Positions 63,530 to 64,000 of a stretch of 64,000 bases of DNA are shown piece by piece. The notes under the pieces were generated by a model, which saw nothing but the letters and a program-made list of their open reading frames with translations, searched no databases and was not told the DNA's origin. Position 1 is the first letter of the stretch. Each line of letters opens with the position of its first letter. Both the position numbers and the translations under genes were made by a program. Origin of the DNA: an uncultured Acidobacteriota bacterium (GTDB lineage Bacteria; Acidobacteriota; Vicinamibacteria; Fen-336); NCBI GenBank assembly GCA_963729875.1, contig CAVSPR010000010.1, positions 77,704 to 141,703 on the forward strand, read 5' to 3'.

Positions 63530-64000
63530 ATGAACCGACCGATCACTCTCCTGCTGGCTGCCGGGGCGGTGGTGGGCCTCGCCGGCGCCCGTCCCGTCCG
63601 TGCCCAGGTCAGCCCGCCCCGGGTGCTCGCCTTCCAGGAGGCGCTCAAGGGGACCGAGGCGGCCTCCCTCCGCTGTCCGCTGGCCGTCGCCGCCGCTTCC
63701 GACGACGAGGTGGCGGTCGCCGACGCCTCCGGCCCCCGCCTCCTGCGCTTCCGCAAGGTCGGCGTGTCGTGGCAGCTCGACCGCACCGTCCCGATGGGGG
63801 GAGCCCCGGCCGGCCTCGCCTGGGACGGGCGACGCTACGTCGCCTCGCTCCGGCAGAACGCGGGCCTCGTGGCCTTCGAGGGCCCGGAGCTCGCCCAACG
63901 CCGCCTGCCCCTCCCGCGCGGCGTCGTCCCCGGGGCGCTGGCCGCGGGGCCGGCCGGCGGCCTGCTCCTCTACGACGCCGCGAAGCGCAGCGTGCTGCGC
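63530..64000 (+). CDS. Secreted NHL-repeat/beta-propeller-like protein, 3' end outside the window
   Basis: ATG lies 2 nt after the upstream stop. Signal peptide MNRPITLLLAAGAVVGLAGARPVRAQ. Short repeats of the type P.GLAWDGRRYVA.. and ..VAVADASGPRLLRF are consistent with NHL blades. Only about 157 aa are visible. Confidence 0.45.
   Translation, partial: MNRPITLLLAAGAVVGLAGARPVRAQVSPPRVLAFQEALKGTEAASLRCPLAVAAASDDEVAVADASGPRLLRFRKVGVSWQLDRTVPMGGAPAGLAWDGRRYVASLRQNAGLVAFEGPELAQRRLPLPRGVVPGALAAGPAGGLLLYDAAKRSVLR

Overview
Very GC-rich (about 70% or more by eye) bacterial chromosomal fragment. The gene content looks Myxococcota/Desulfuromonadota-like or Acidobacteriota-like, but I cannot place it more precisely. 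I found no rRNA, tRNA, CRISPR array, transposase or integrase.

Layout:
- (a) 1-16.8 kb: five genes, all of which need frame changes to read. They are a giant surface protein (DUF11 repeats, SdrD B-like repeats, C25 peptidase domain), an ICMT-family methyltransferase, a beta-lactamase-family hydrolase, a Ser/Thr kinase-STAND NTPase-WD40 protein and a TonB-dependent receptor. The two indels I could localise exactly both sit in short mononucleotide runs (C5, GG).
- (b) 16.8-40 kb: intact housekeeping and accessory genes. These are a penicillin-acylase-family protein, an amidohydrolase, a membrane Ser/Thr kinase, a hicBA cassette bracketed by a roughly 170-200 bp direct repeat of the kinase 5' end, a fused membrane/spermidine-synthase-like protein, a Gfo/Idh/MocA oxidoreductase, a Cof phosphatase, an AtoE-like transporter with tryptophanase and an APC permease, a monohaem cytochrome c, a GAF-GGDEF cyclase, an archaeal-type gatE-gatD pair, and vapBC next to an S9 peptidase remnant.
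- (c) 40.3-51.4 kb, minus strand: a tightly coupled 11-gene operon. An enzymatic half (small membrane protein, PP-loop ATPase, UbiD-family decarboxylase, SCP2 protein, FAD-linked oxidase with a Cys cluster, thioester-reductase-type SDR) is joined to an export half (two FtsX permeases, LolA-like protein, putative outer-membrane barrel, ABC ATPase). I cannot match this combination to any characterised pathway.
- (d) 53.5-64 kb, plus strand: an OmcS-family hexahaem cytochrome gene with its own strong intrinsic terminator. It is followed by a large beta-barrel with a discoidin-like insert, two lipoprotein/periplasmic proteins, a two-parvulin SurA-like PPIase, a 26-haem and a 16-haem cytochrome, and an NHL/beta-propeller protein. 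This is a candidate cytochrome-nanowire production and charging locus.

The two most interesting systems are (d) and (c). The bacterial gatDE pair comes third.
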